In this document: piece after piece, positions 48,690-58,934 of the stretch | Layout: every line of letters begins with the position of its first letter | Position numbering within the stretch: position 1 is the first letter of the stretch | DNA from: an uncultured Dehalococcoidales bacterium | GTDB lineage: Bacteria > Chloroflexota > Dehalococcoidia > GIF9 > UBA5629 | Direction: 5' to 3' | DNA: 64,000 nt | Assembly: GCA_964519615.1 (NCBI GenBank) | Contig: CAZFIM010000002.1 | Location: 23,814 to 87,813, forward strand | Notes under the pieces: model-generated | Seen by the model: only the letters and a program-made list of their open reading frames with translations | Database searches by the model: none | What the model was told of the DNA's origin: nothing | Position numbers and translations under genes: made by a program

Positions 48690-49789
48690 CGGTCTATCTC
48701 CGCAAGACAAATGTCAATACTGCCGAAGGTAATAATGAGATCGGCGATCTTCCAGCCGCGTACCATATCCCGCAGGGCGGTCAGGTTAAGCAGCTCGCAG
48801 GGACGTACGTGAAAACGGTAGGGTGCAATGGAGTTATCGCTCACCAGGTAGAAGGCAAGCTCTCCCTTTGGAGCTTCGATACGGCCGTAGACCTCTCCCG
48901 CAGGCGGACGCAGCAGCAGAGGTACATCTGTACAGACCTCTCCCGGCGGGATATCTTTAACGGCTTGTTTGAGGATTTTTACGCTCTCTCGCATTTCCAG
49001 CATTTTCACCATGAAGCGGTCATAGCAGTCCCCGTTTTCTCCCGTGGGGATATCGAAATCGAATCTATCATAGATCGAATACGGGGCAGCGCGCCGCAGG
49101 TCCCATTTCATGCCGCTGGCTCTGAGCACGGGGCCGCTGGCGCCGCTGTTTACGGCCAGTTCGCGGGACAGTACGCCCACACCTTTACTGCGTACCAGCA
49201 GTATCTCATTTTCGGAGAGCAATTGCTCGTATTCGTCTATAAAGCCGGGCATCTCATCGATGAAGCGCTCCAGAGCCGGCATAAACTCCTCCGGCAGGTC
49301 CTGGCTGACGCCTCCGATGCGCATATAATTATAGGTAAGCCTCTGCCCGCAGACCATCTCGAACAGGTCCATAATCTTCTCACGTTCACGCCACATGTAA
49401 AGCACGGGCGTCATCATTGCCCCCATATCGTTAAGGAAAAAGCCTACACCCATCAGATGGCTGGATATACGCATAAGCTCGGCCATGATTATTCTGATGT
49501 ACTCCGCTCTTTCCGGAACGGCTATATCGGCAAGCTTCTCTACCGACATGACATACGCCAGGTTATTGGTCATCGAAGTAAGATAGTCCAGCCGGTCAGT
49601 GAAAGGTATATTCTGCGTATAGGTACGGCCTTCAGCCAATTTTTCTATACCGCGGTGCAGGTATCCGATGACGGGTTCCACGTCGACGATGACCTCACCA
49701 TCGAGCGTTACCCTCATCCTGAATACTCCGTGTGTGGAGGGATGCTGCGGCCCCATATTCAATATGAATGGTTCTGTCCGTAACGCCAT
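48686..49789 (-). CDS. nuoD: NADH-quinone oxidoreductase subunit D (49 kDa)
   Basis: 367 aa NuoD; not fused to NuoC. Confidence 0.9.
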   Translation of the reverse strand: MALRTEPFILNMGPQHPSTHGVFRMRVTLDGEVIVDVEPVIGYLHRGIEKLAEGRTYTQNIPFTDRLDYLTSMTNNLAYVMSVEKLADIAVPERAEYIRIIMAELMRISSHLMGVGFFLNDMGAMMTPVLYMWREREKIMDLFEMVCGQRLTYNYMRIGGVSQDLPEEFMPALERFIDEMPGFIDEYEQLLSENEILLVRSKGVGVLSRELAVNSGASGPVLRASGMKWDLRRAAPYSIYDRFDFDIPTGENGDCYDRFMVKMLEMRESVKILKQAVKDIPPGEVCTDVPLLLRPPAGEVYGRIEAPKGELAFYLVSDNSIAPYRFHVRPCELLNLTALRDMVRGWKIADLIITFGSIDICLAEIDR

Positions 49790-50260
49790 TTAGAGATAGT
49801 CCCTCCGCAGGGGGTGTCCCGGGAACCCTTCCCAGAGAAACAGCCGTTTGAGATTGGGATGTCCGGTAAAAGTTATACCCATCAGGTCATAAAGCTCTCT
49901 TTCCTGATAGTCCGCTGCCCGCCATAGATCGTATACAGAGTCTATGACAGGGTTTTGACGGTCATAGAGATGCGTTTTCAGTACGAGACTGTGGTTGTGT
50001 TCGAGCGATACCAGATGATAGACAAGTTCGAAGCGGTCCAGATAGTCGACCGCGGTAAGGCTGGCAAGATAATCGAACCTCATATCCTGCGCGTTCTTTA
50101 AATGTTCGGCAGTCCGGTAAAGTATATCTGAGCCGACCACCATCGTGTTTTCACCCTGGATGGTAATTTCGCCCGGTACTGCTTGTGCTATCTTCTGTTT
50201 GACCTCTTCGGCATTTAAATGGACTGTCAAAGAAACTATGTGCCTCCGTATGTTTTGCAT
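49790..50260 (-). CDS. nuoC: NADH-quinone oxidoreductase subunit C (30 kDa)
   Basis: 156 aa. Confidence 0.85.
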   Translation of the reverse strand: MQNIRRHIVSLTVHLNAEEVKQKIAQAVPGEITIQGENTMVVGSDILYRTAEHLKNAQDMRFDYLASLTAVDYLDRFELVYHLVSLEHNHSLVLKTHLYDRQNPVIDSVYDLWRAADYQERELYDLMGITFTGHPNLKRLFLWEGFPGHPLRRDYL

Positions 50261-50271
50261 GCTGCGGGAGT

Positions 50272-50871
50272 CTAGATTTTATGTCTGGCCAGCGAATCGT
50301 TGCCTATCTTTTTATGCAGCATGGTTATTGCGTGAATAAGCCCTTCCGGTCTGGGTGGGCACCCCGGTACATAGACATCGACAGGAACGATATGATTGAT
50401 ACCCGGAACGACACTGTACGATTCTCTGAATGTTCCTCCGCTGATAGCACAGGCTCCCATCGCGATCACCCATTTAGGCTCAGCCATCTGCTCGTAGATC
50501 ATTTTGACGGCCGGGGCCATTTTCCAGGTGAGCGTGCCGGCCACGATCATAAGGTCTGCCTGACGTGGTGACCAGCGGAAGATATCCATGCCGAAACGGG
50601 AGATATCGAAACGCGAGCATGCTGTCCCGATCATCTCGAAGGCGCAGCATGCCAGGCCGAACATGAGTGGAAATATGGAACGGGAACGTGCCCAATCCAG
50701 AATATAATCGACTGTGGTGAGGCCTATATTGCGCTTAAGCTCCTCATCGAGCCACGCATCGGGGTCAGGAATGACGTACTTTTCAGCGTTTTCCCGCAGG
50801 CGTATTATACGCTCCGCTTCCGCTATATCGATCTCATGAGAGGAAGCGATCTGAGGCCTTTCTATTTCCAC
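50272..50871 (-). CDS. nuoB: NADH-quinone oxidoreductase subunit B (20 kDa, N2 cluster)
   Basis: [17 protein letters not shown] and VPGCPP motifs. Confidence 0.9.
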   Translation of the reverse strand: MEIERPQIASSHEIDIAEAERIIRLRENAEKYVIPDPDAWLDEELKRNIGLTTVDYILDWARSRSIFPLMFGLACCAFEMIGTACSRFDISRFGMDIFRWSPRQADLMIVAGTLTWKMAPAVKMIYEQMAEPKWVIAMGACAISGGTFRESYSVVPGINHIVPVDVYVPGCPPRPEGLIHAITMLHKKIGNDSLARHKI

Positions 50872-51284
50872 TCGAGCGCTCCTTTAAGCCATGCGTAGAC
50901 ATAGCCGACCATGAGTATGAAAAAGAATACTACTATAGCCACCAGTCCGAAAACGCCCAGATTCTTGAGGTTGACCGCCCAGGGATAGAGAAAAACCGTC
51001 AGGACATCCAGCGCAACGAACAGTATAGCAAAAAAATAGTACCTGAAATTAAACTGTACCCATGTATTACCGATAGTCTCGATTCCGCACTCATAAGGCG
51101 AGGTTTTTACTTCGTTGCTTTTCCTTGGAACCAGTCCCATGAGTCCAAGTAATAAAGGCACCAAAGGCATTATGACTGTAAATACTATGGCAACAATGAG
51201 AAGGATGCCAATATAGCCGTAACCAGCTAACACCGGGAATACCTCCTTTGCGCCATCACGCGACGCCAACGGCGAGTATACCAT
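50862..51284 (-). CDS. nuoA: NADH-quinone oxidoreductase subunit A
   Basis: 3 TM; conserved SPYECGIE motif. Start trimmed to ATG 51284. The 194 aa ORF extending to 51446 would overlap rsmD. Confidence 0.7.
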   Translation of the reverse strand: MVYSPLASRDGAKEVFPVLAGYGYIGILLIVAIVFTVIMPLVPLLLGLMGLVPRKSNEVKTSPYECGIETIGNTWVQFNFRYYFFAILFVALDVLTVFLYPWAVNLKNLGVFGLVAIVVFFFILMVGYVYAWLKGALEWK

Positions 51285-51392
51285 ATACTTTTCTCTATTT
51301 GCAATGCTTTGTAGTGTCACTGATTTTGTGTAAAATTTGATAATTGGACTAATACGCGCTGCACGGTATAATAGGTACGCACGATTTACACT

Positions 51393-51944
51393 ATGCGAAT
51401 TACAGGCGGTACAGCAAAAGGGCAGCAGCTCAAAGTGCCGGAGCACGTCCGGATGAGACCTACTACGGACAGGGTGAGGGAAGCGGTATTTTCTCTTCTG
51501 GCCTCTTATGAGTGTGCGTGGGAACGAGTGCTGGACCTCTATGCCGGAACCGGCGCATTGGGTATTGAATCACTTAGCAGGGATGCCGTATGGGTTGATT
51601 TTGTTGACCGGGAACCCAGATGTTGTGCTATCATTAAACAAAATCTGGAGAAGACCGGATTCATACGCAATGCGCACGTCTATTGCGCCGCGGTCAATAA
51701 AGCGTTGACATTTCTCGATGGCATATACGACGTGGTTTTTATGGATCCGCCATATTCCGATACGGCGTTGGAGAACGTGATTGAACAACTGGATAACTCA
51801 GATTGTATCGGCGACGGTTCGCTTATAGTAGTCTCGCATTCATCGCGGGTTCTCCTGTCCGCATGCTACGGCAGGCTTCACATATGCAAGGAACGCCGCT
51901 ATGGAGATACAGGTATTTCTCTATTCCTCAGGGAGGCTGACTAG
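51393..51944 (+). CDS. rsmD: 16S rRNA (guanine966-N2)-methyltransferase RsmD
   Basis: DLYAGTGALGIE and the DPPY motif. Confidence 0.85.
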   Translation: MRITGGTAKGQQLKVPEHVRMRPTTDRVREAVFSLLASYECAWERVLDLYAGTGALGIESLSRDAVWVDFVDREPRCCAIIKQNLEKTGFIRNAHVYCAAVNKALTFLDGIYDVVFMDPPYSDTALENVIEQLDNSDCIGDGSLIVVSHSSRVLLSACYGRLHICKERRYGDTGISLFLREAD

Positions 51945-52421
51945 GTGATTACCGCTTTGTACCCCGGGAGTTTTGACCCGATTACCAACGGGCATCTGGA
52001 TATCGCCCGCCGTTCGGCAGCCATTTTCGATAAGGTGGTTATGGGCGTTTATAACCGTCCTTATAACAAGAATCTCATGTTCACCACCGACGAAAGAATT
52101 AAGCTGGCCAGGGAGGCTACCGCTGATATCGGCAATGTGGAGGTGCAGCCTTACTGTTCCTTAACCGTCGATTTTGCACGCAGCATAGGCGCCCGGGTTA
52201 TCGTGAGGGGCCTTAGAATGAGCCCCGATTTCGAGCATGAATTTGAGATTGCAGTTATGAACCGTAAGCTTGCGCCCGATCTCGATATGGTTTGTTTTAT
52301 GGCCAGTGTGGATTATCAGTTTCTCAGTTCCAGTCTGCTCAAGGAGGTGGCGCAGCTTGATGGTAAACTGGAAGATATGGTGCCGGAGAATGTAGCCCGT
52401 GCGCTAAAGGCAAAGCTTTAA
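51945..52421 (+). CDS. coaD: phosphopantetheine adenylyltransferase
   Basis: YPGSFDPITNGHLDI. GTG start abuts the rsmD stop; RBS GGGAGG. Confidence 0.9.
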   Translation: MITALYPGSFDPITNGHLDIARRSAAIFDKVVMGVYNRPYNKNLMFTTDERIKLAREATADIGNVEVQPYCSLTVDFARSIGARVIVRGLRMSPDFEHEFEIAVMNRKLAPDLDMVCFMASVDYQFLSSSLLKEVAQLDGKLEDMVPENVARALKAKL

Positions 52422-52519
52422 TAAAAGTCTGCCGCATTGCGTAAAGCCTGTCGCCGGACAGCGGCTGTATATACGATGCAGCCTTAATCAATTTTAATAA
52501 CTATAGGAGGCAATATTAG

Positions 52520-52765
<246 letters not shown>

Positions 52766-52790
52766 TAATCTGTGTGTGAAATAAGCAGAC

Positions 52791-53051
52791 TTACGGTAAT
52801 ACCGTGTAAATAATTTGCAAAACCAATATCGCAATCAAAGGGCTGAAATCTATACTTCCCGTCCGCCCGGCTATTTTAACACCGAGCCGGCGGATGGGAG
52901 ACAGAATAGGTTCTGTAGTGCGGTTCAAAAAAGAGACTGCAGGGCCGTTAGGGTATGTTGACGTCCAGGAGAGAATAATCCGGAATATAATAAGAAATGT
53001 CCATATCTGACAGAGGACCTTAAGAATTATAAACAGGATTTTCAGAGCCAC
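52791..53051 (-). CDS. yggT: YggT-family membrane protein
   Basis: 86 aa, 2 TM; directly downstream of proC, overlapping it by 1 nt. Confidence 0.75.
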   Translation of the reverse strand: MALKILFIILKVLCQIWTFLIIFRIILSWTSTYPNGPAVSFLNRTTEPILSPIRRLGVKIAGRTGSIDFSPLIAILVLQIIYTVLP

Positions 53052-53848
53052 TAGCTGCCCATTTTTTTTGATTTCTCAAATGCTGCCGTAACCGCTTCCA
53101 ACAGCAAGGTGCGTATGCCTCCCGCTTCCAACTGCATTAATCCCTCGCTGGTGGTTCCGGCGGGTGAAGTAACCATATTACGCAGTTCAGCTGGATGTTT
53201 CTCCATAAGTTTTACGCTCATAGCTGAACCTATCACGGTGTCCGTAACCAGTCTCTCAGCTATGGTGCGGGGCAGACCTATATGAACCGCGGCATCCATG
53301 AGAGCCTCCATAATGAGGAAGATGTAAGCGGGGCCGCTGCCGCTGACGGCCGTTGCCATATCGATATACTTCTCACTGCTGACGTACACCTCTCCGCCGG
53401 TAGCTGCCAGCACTGTTCTGGCCATCTCCTTCTGTTCTTTGTTTACCTGGTCGGTAGCAGTCCAGACTGTTATACCTTCGCTGATTTGCGCCGGCATGTT
53501 GGGCATTGCCCGCACGAGGACGTGATGCTCAAGGCCTTTGCTCAGCGTATCCAGCGTGATGCCCGCTGCAATTGAGATTACCACCTGTTGTTCGCTAATG
53601 GCGCGCAGCTCCGGCAGTACAGACGGGATATCCTGCGGTTTAACTGCCAGTACCACTATATCCGCTCCGGCTGCAGCTTCACGGTTTTGCGCCGTTGTTT
53701 TAATGCTGTACTCCCTGTTAAGTATGTCACGCCGCTCGGGGCTTACATCGCTTACGATGATATCAGATGCCTGTGTGATGCCGTCTGCAAGAATGCTCCT
53801 GATGATAGCCTCGCCCATTTTGCCGCCGCCTATAAAGCTGATTTTCAT
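53051..53848 (-). CDS. proC: pyrroline-5-carboxylate reductase
   Basis: ISFIGGGKMGEAI Rossmann motif and a ProC C-terminal dimerisation domain. RBS AGGAGG lies 5 nt before the second ATG. Confidence 0.9.
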   Translation of the reverse strand: MKISFIGGGKMGEAIIRSILADGITQASDIIVSDVSPERRDILNREYSIKTTAQNREAAAGADIVVLAVKPQDIPSVLPELRAISEQQVVISIAAGITLDTLSKGLEHHVLVRAMPNMPAQISEGITVWTATDQVNKEQKEMARTVLAATGGEVYVSSEKYIDMATAVSGSGPAYIFLIMEALMDAAVHIGLPRTIAERLVTDTVIGSAMSVKLMEKHPAELRNMVTSPAGTTSEGLMQLEAGGIRTLLLEAVTAAFEKSKKMGS

Positions 53849-54005
53849 CATTACCTCCTGTCGCGGAATTATAGTAATTATACTCAAACCGGAATGTAAA
53901 CGGTCTGTTTCTTAAGGAAAAACCGGACAAAAATCGAGATGGAAAGTACTTGCATTACCGAATTTCTATATTTTCTTCTGTCATAGGTGCCCGTTCTGAA
54001 CGCGG

Positions 54006-56456
54006 CTACCTGATAACGATATTGAGCAGTTTGCCGGGGACGAATATCTTCTTTACTACGACTTTCCCATCTATGTACGCTTTAACCTTTTCCCTCTCGA
54101 ATGCCAGCTTCACAGCCTCGTTTTCTCCGATGGAGGCGGGTACGGTGAGCTTGTCTCTGAGCTTACCGTTGACCTGGATGACAAGGGTGATCTCCTCTTC
54201 TTTGGCCAGATTTTCATCCCATGAAGGCCATGGTTGATTGTGTATGCTGTACCGGTGCCCGGAAAGTTCCCAGAGTTCCTCAGCCAGATGGGGGGCGGTG
54301 GGTGCCAGGAGCAGCAGCAGCGTGCTGACCGTCTGCTGCCATAGATGGGAGGTAACGTCAGCGGCCTCCTGCACTTTGGCCAGGTAATTAGTAAGCTCCA
54401 TTAATGCCGCAAGCATGGTATTGAAATGAAAGCGCTCCATATCCTCAGTGGCTTTTCTGATTGTTTTATGGAGCATACGTTCAAGGTCTCGCTCAGCGCC
54501 TGAATCACGGGTTTTCTCCCTGTAATCAGCCAGCGCCAGATTCCAAACACGGTTGAGCCAACGGCTCATACCCACGATTCCATTATCGTTCCACTCGCCG
54601 CCCTGCTCCCACGGTCCTACGAACATGATATAAGCACGAACGGAATCAGCGCCCATCTCACCGACATAGACATCCGGAGTGATGACATTGCCCTTGGACT
54701 TGCTCATCTTGCCGCCGCGGTAGATGACCAGCCCCTGGTTGAATAGGTGAAGGAAAGGCTCGTTGAAGTCCACCAGCCCCAGGTCACGTATAGCCTTGAC
54801 GAAAAAGCGGGCATAAAGCAGGTGCATTACGGCATGCTCCGCTCCTCCGGTATAGGAATCCACCGGCATCCAGTATTTAAGCTTCTCCTTATCGAAAGGA
54901 TGATCGTCTATCCCCGGACTGGTATAGCGCAGAAAATACCATGAGGAGCACATAAAGGTGTCCATGGTATCAGTTTCACGGCGGGCAGGTGCACCGCAAA
55001 CCGGGCAGGTGGTATTGACGAAGGACTGGCAGTATTTGAGCGGCGATTCTCCCGTGGGCTTGAACTCCGCATCCGGCGGCAGCAGCACGGGAAGGTCCTT
55101 CTCCGGCACGGGAACGATCCCGCATTTATCACAATACACTATAGGAATGGGTGCCCCCCAATAACGCTGGCGCGAGATGAGCCAGTCGCGTATGCGGTAG
55201 GATACCGTTCGTTTGCCCCAGCCTTTTTCTTCCATATAATCACAGATAGCCTCGAAGCCCTGCTCGCTGGGCAGGCTGTCGAACTGTCCGGAGTTGACCA
55301 TAGTCCCTGTCTCCGTATATGCCTGCTCAAGCTCGCCGCCACTATAACCGGACGGGGCGATGACCACCTTCACGGGCAAGCCGTATTTATGTGCGAACTC
55401 CAGATCCCGCTGGTCATGAGCGGGTACACCCATAACGGCACCGGTGCCGTAGCCCGGCAGTACGTAATCGCCTATCCATACCGGGACCTTTTGCCCGTTC
55501 AATTTATTGATAACATAGCTCCCCAGAAAGACGCCGGTCTTCTCCTTCTCTGTTGAGGTACGTTCGATCTCACTCTCGTGCCGTGTTTTCTCAATATAGG
55601 CTTCCACCTCGGCCTTCCGCTCAGGGGTGGTGAGGGGGGGCACCAGCGGATGTTCCGGAGCAAGCACGAAGAAGGTAACGCCGTAGACTGTGTCCGGCCG
55701 CGTGGTGAAGACCTTTATTTCGCGTGGCTCCATTTCTTCATTTTCCAGACCGAAGGATATCTCTGCGCCTTTGCTCTTGCCTATCCAGTTCTTCTGCATG
55801 ATTTTAATGCGTTCCGGCCAGTCAATACGGCTGTGATCGGCCAGTTCATCAGCATATCTGGTGATACGGAAGAACCACTGTTCCAGCGATTTTCTGATGA
55901 CAGGAGTTTCACAGCGCTCGCACACTCCTTCACCAGTGACCTGCTCGTTGGCCAGCACCGTCTGACAGGTGGGACACCAGTTAACAGGCGCCTCTCCGCG
56001 GTAAGCAAGGCCGCCTTTATAGAGCTTGAGGAAGAACCACTGAGTCCATTTATAGTAGTCAGGCTGACAGGTGATAACCTCCCGTTTCCAGTCATAAATA
56101 GCGCCTATGCTTTTAAGCTGACGGCGCATGTTCTGGACATTATTCATAGTCCAGGTATAGGGATGAATGCCTCGTTTGATGGCAGCGTTTTCCGCGGGCA
56201 GCCCGAAGGCATCGAAGCCTATGGGGTGGAGTACATTATAACCCTGCATGCGCTTGAAGCGGGCATGTACATCGGAAGGTGCCATGGCATACCAGTGACC
56301 GATGTGCAGGTCTCCTGATGTATAGGGAAACATGGTAAGCGCATAGTACTTGGTACGGCTCTCATCCTCTCCTACCTCATAAATACCGTCCGCCGCCCAG
56401 CGCTCCTGCCATTTCTTCTCTATTTCCTGAGGATTGTATTTTAGGGCTGTATTCAT
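54006..56456 (-). CDS. leuS: leucine--tRNA ligase
   Basis: HIGH (HIGHWY) and KMSKS motifs plus the editing domain; 816 aa. Confidence 0.95.
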   Translation of the reverse strand: MNTALKYNPQEIEKKWQERWAADGIYEVGEDESRTKYYALTMFPYTSGDLHIGHWYAMAPSDVHARFKRMQGYNVLHPIGFDAFGLPAENAAIKRGIHPYTWTMNNVQNMRRQLKSIGAIYDWKREVITCQPDYYKWTQWFFLKLYKGGLAYRGEAPVNWCPTCQTVLANEQVTGEGVCERCETPVIRKSLEQWFFRITRYADELADHSRIDWPERIKIMQKNWIGKSKGAEISFGLENEEMEPREIKVFTTRPDTVYGVTFFVLAPEHPLVPPLTTPERKAEVEAYIEKTRHESEIERTSTEKEKTGVFLGSYVINKLNGQKVPVWIGDYVLPGYGTGAVMGVPAHDQRDLEFAHKYGLPVKVVIAPSGYSGGELEQAYTETGTMVNSGQFDSLPSEQGFEAICDYMEEKGWGKRTVSYRIRDWLISRQRYWGAPIPIVYCDKCGIVPVPEKDLPVLLPPDAEFKPTGESPLKYCQSFVNTTCPVCGAPARRETDTMDTFMCSSWYFLRYTSPGIDDHPFDKEKLKYWMPVDSYTGGAEHAVMHLLYARFFVKAIRDLGLVDFNEPFLHLFNQGLVIYRGGKMSKSKGNVITPDVYVGEMGADSVRAYIMFVGPWEQGGEWNDNGIVGMSRWLNRVWNLALADYREKTRDSGAERDLERMLHKTIRKATEDMERFHFNTMLAALMELTNYLAKVQEAADVTSHLWQQTVSTLLLLLAPTAPHLAEELWELSGHRYSIHNQPWPSWDENLAKEEEITLVIQVNGKLRDKLTVPASIGENEAVKLAFEREKVKAYIDGKVVVKKIFVPGKLLNIVIR

Positions 56457-56491
56457 ATCAGGCTGATTGTATCCCCCTTCTGAGTATTACG

Positions 56492-57487
56492 TCAACCGTA
56501 CGAGGCCATTTCCTTATGCCACTTTTCCAGCAGTTGCAGGCCGGCGTCGGCTTTGTTCTTCAGCTCCTGACTGCGGGCAAGCTCTTTTGCCTTCCTGTAG
56601 TATGCCAGCGCCAGATCGTAGTTCTCGTTGCCGGTGGACAGCGGGTTTATCTGACCGGCAGAAGGTTGTCCGGAAAGAATCTCCACTACCCTGTCATAGT
56701 CCGCGATGACGTTGTCCCATCGGGCATATTTTTCTACGGCTGCCTCTTTAGGAAAAGGCCCGCGGTTGAGAGATGCATCGCGCGCAAGCGCAGCATCGAA
56801 ATCGGCAATGGCTTTTGCCCACTGCGCTTTCTTAAAATAAGAGAAACCGATGTTGATAAAGGCCTCGGCAGTATCCGGTTGCTGCTCCACCGCGTTTTTA
56901 AGGTTGGGTGTACTGGCAATGTCCCACTGCTCCTGCCGCACCCATTTCCAGCCGGAGCCGGTGTAGGCGGTTGCGAGTCCGGAATCCGCCTCAAATTTCT
57001 GATAAAGGTAGAGGATGGATGATTGGCTCCACTGGGCGATATTGAGGTTTGCCCACCCGCGTCCGTAATAAGCGCCTAACAGATCCGGGCTCTGCTCAAG
57101 CGCCGCGGTAAAATCGGCGACCGCCAGTTCAAATCCGTTCTCAGCCGTGCGCGCCCAGGCACGGTAGTAGTAGACATCGGCATCGCTGCGCCCCAGCTCC
57201 ATAGCGGTGGTGAGATCGTCTGACGCACGTATGGAGCGGCTGTCGAAGTAATAAGCTCTGCCTCGCCCGAAATAGGCATCTGCAAGGTCTGCTTTAAATT
57301 TCATGGCGATCGTGTAGTTATCGATGGCCTCGGTATAATTGCCCTGTTCATAAGCGGAATCGCCCTTGCTGAGGTAGATAGCTGCCTGCTGGGCCTGGGG
57401 GTCCGCGAGCTCCTTGCTCCCGCTGCACTGGGCAGAAGGCGTTATTGCTATGCAGGCAAGCAGTAGAATACTGAGTATTATTTTCAC
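56492..57487 (-). CDS. secreted TPR-repeat protein
   Basis: Signal peptide and multiple tetratricopeptide repeats (A..Y..G.A type). Confidence 0.8.
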   Translation of the reverse strand: MKIILSILLLACIAITPSAQCSGSKELADPQAQQAAIYLSKGDSAYEQGNYTEAIDNYTIAMKFKADLADAYFGRGRAYYFDSRSIRASDDLTTAMELGRSDADVYYYRAWARTAENGFELAVADFTAALEQSPDLLGAYYGRGWANLNIAQWSQSSILYLYQKFEADSGLATAYTGSGWKWVRQEQWDIASTPNLKNAVEQQPDTAEAFINIGFSYFKKAQWAKAIADFDAALARDASLNRGPFPKEAAVEKYARWDNVIADYDRVVEILSGQPSAGQINPLSTGNENYDLALAYYRKAKELARSQELKNKADAGLQLLEKWHKEMASYG

Positions 57488-57710
57488 GCTGTCTCTCCGG
57501 ATGTGCTATTTGAGGCTATTCTATTATACAGTCTCTTTGTACTAATGAGAAACCGGAATAGTTCATGCCAGATGCGTATGTAAGGGCGAACAGCGGGAGA
57601 TAAATCACATGTATATCGATCCGCTGGCATGGTTTCATCAGGGGGTGGTATGCTATATGTGTGCGGGTTGTTGAGCGCAGCGTACAAAACTTGCTGGAGT
57701 GAGATGGTAT

Positions 57711-58103
57711 ATGGATAGGGATCAATTTGAGGCCCATGTTTTAAAAGCCGTGGAGGCGCTGCCGGAGGAGTTCAAGCAGAAGCTTGAAAACGTGGATATC
57801 GTGGTGCAGGGCTGGCCGGATCGTGAGCAGATGAGGAGTGTGGGGCTGCGCAGCCGCTACCAGCTGCTGGGATTATATGAAGGCGTACCGCAGACAGCGC
57901 GCAGCCACGGCTATACGCTGGTGCTGCCGGATAAAATAAGCATCTTTCAGAAACCCATCGAAGCAGTCAGCCGCACCACAGAAGAGGTTGTGGAGCGGAT
58001 AGGGGAGGTTGTGCGCCATGAGATAGCACACCATTTCGGTCTCAACGATGCCGCACTGTATGAGATAGAGCGGGAGAAGAGGAGGAGGGGGAGTACGAGA
58101 TAG
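57711..58103 (+). CDS. zincin-like metallopeptidase-domain protein (HExxH: HEIAHHFG)
   Basis: Small cytoplasmic protein carrying HEIAHHFGL. The start could be GTG 57699. Confidence 0.6.
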   Translation: MDRDQFEAHVLKAVEALPEEFKQKLENVDIVVQGWPDREQMRSVGLRSRYQLLGLYEGVPQTARSHGYTLVLPDKISIFQKPIEAVSRTTEEVVERIGEVVRHEIAHHFGLNDAALYEIEREKRRRGSTR

Positions 58104-58134
58104 ATTGGCAAATAGAAAACGGCGGTTGTTTTTC

Positions 58135-58350
58135 TTATGCTATCTTCGATTTACGGCCAGCCGAAACGCCTTTGCCTAGACCTGCCTGCCTATCCAGTGA
58201 TAGCACTGTCTCTGTAGGTGATATTTTTTTCTGCCGTATCCCGCCAAGAGCTTTAATACGCCCGCCGATATTCAGATACCATAGTAAGACAACAGGAAAG
58301 AGGATGACGGGGATGGCAAAGATGAGGGCTATAATAAACTTCCACTCCAT
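58135..58350 (-). CDS. small membrane protein (MEWKFI... family), paralogue of 61009-61182
   Basis: 71 aa with an N-terminal TM helix MEWKFIIALIFAIPVILFPVVLLWYLNIGG and a basic tail. RBS AAGGAGG. Confidence 0.5.
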   Translation of the reverse strand: MEWKFIIALIFAIPVILFPVVLLWYLNIGGRIKALGGIRQKKISPTETVLSLDRQAGLGKGVSAGRKSKIA

Positions 58351-58587
58351 TATCAGGCCTCCTTAAACTAGCCCGCTTAACTTCAAAATAGTCCAGTTAA
58401 GGACGCATGTAACCGTTGAAAACGCGTAGTCGCAAAATAAAAAAGCAAGTATAAATACCTGTTTTGATAGTCGTGGACGAGATGATGTGACATTGTTAAT
58501 ATTTTATGTACAGGCCTAAACAGGGAAAAATAATATATTCAGCATCATGAAAACTGCAAAATAAATCACTGAAAATCAATTAAAAAG

Positions 58588-58610
58588 AAAATGGCGTTTA
58601 TCGCCATTTT
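58588..58610. terminator. bidirectional intrinsic-terminator-like hairpin AAAATGGCG-tttat-CGCCATTTT followed by a T-run
   Basis: 9 bp stem flanked by A- and T-tracts, inside a 580 bp AT-rich non-coding stretch. Confidence 0.5.
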
Positions 58611-58934
58611 TACGGGGGAAGCTGTAAAAAAAGAGTGTGCTTAGTATAAAATATGTGGAATTATATCTTTGGAGATGTAATCAGTATAAAAAAGGCGGGA
58701 TGTCACATACCCTGATGTAACCGGAAAACCCACCACTAAGGAAGTTGCGCATGTGTATTGTTTCAGCAGGGAAGAGAGGAGAAAACGTCGTAAAACCCGG
58801 TTACCCCTTGACAGAGCCCGCCTGTACTTGGCTTCTCTAAAATGATTCCCCTTGATGCTCTCGCACTGCAAAGGGGAACATGATATACCAGACTTATCCA
58901 GCATAGAAATAGTTATCCCGGCGAAAGCCAGCGG

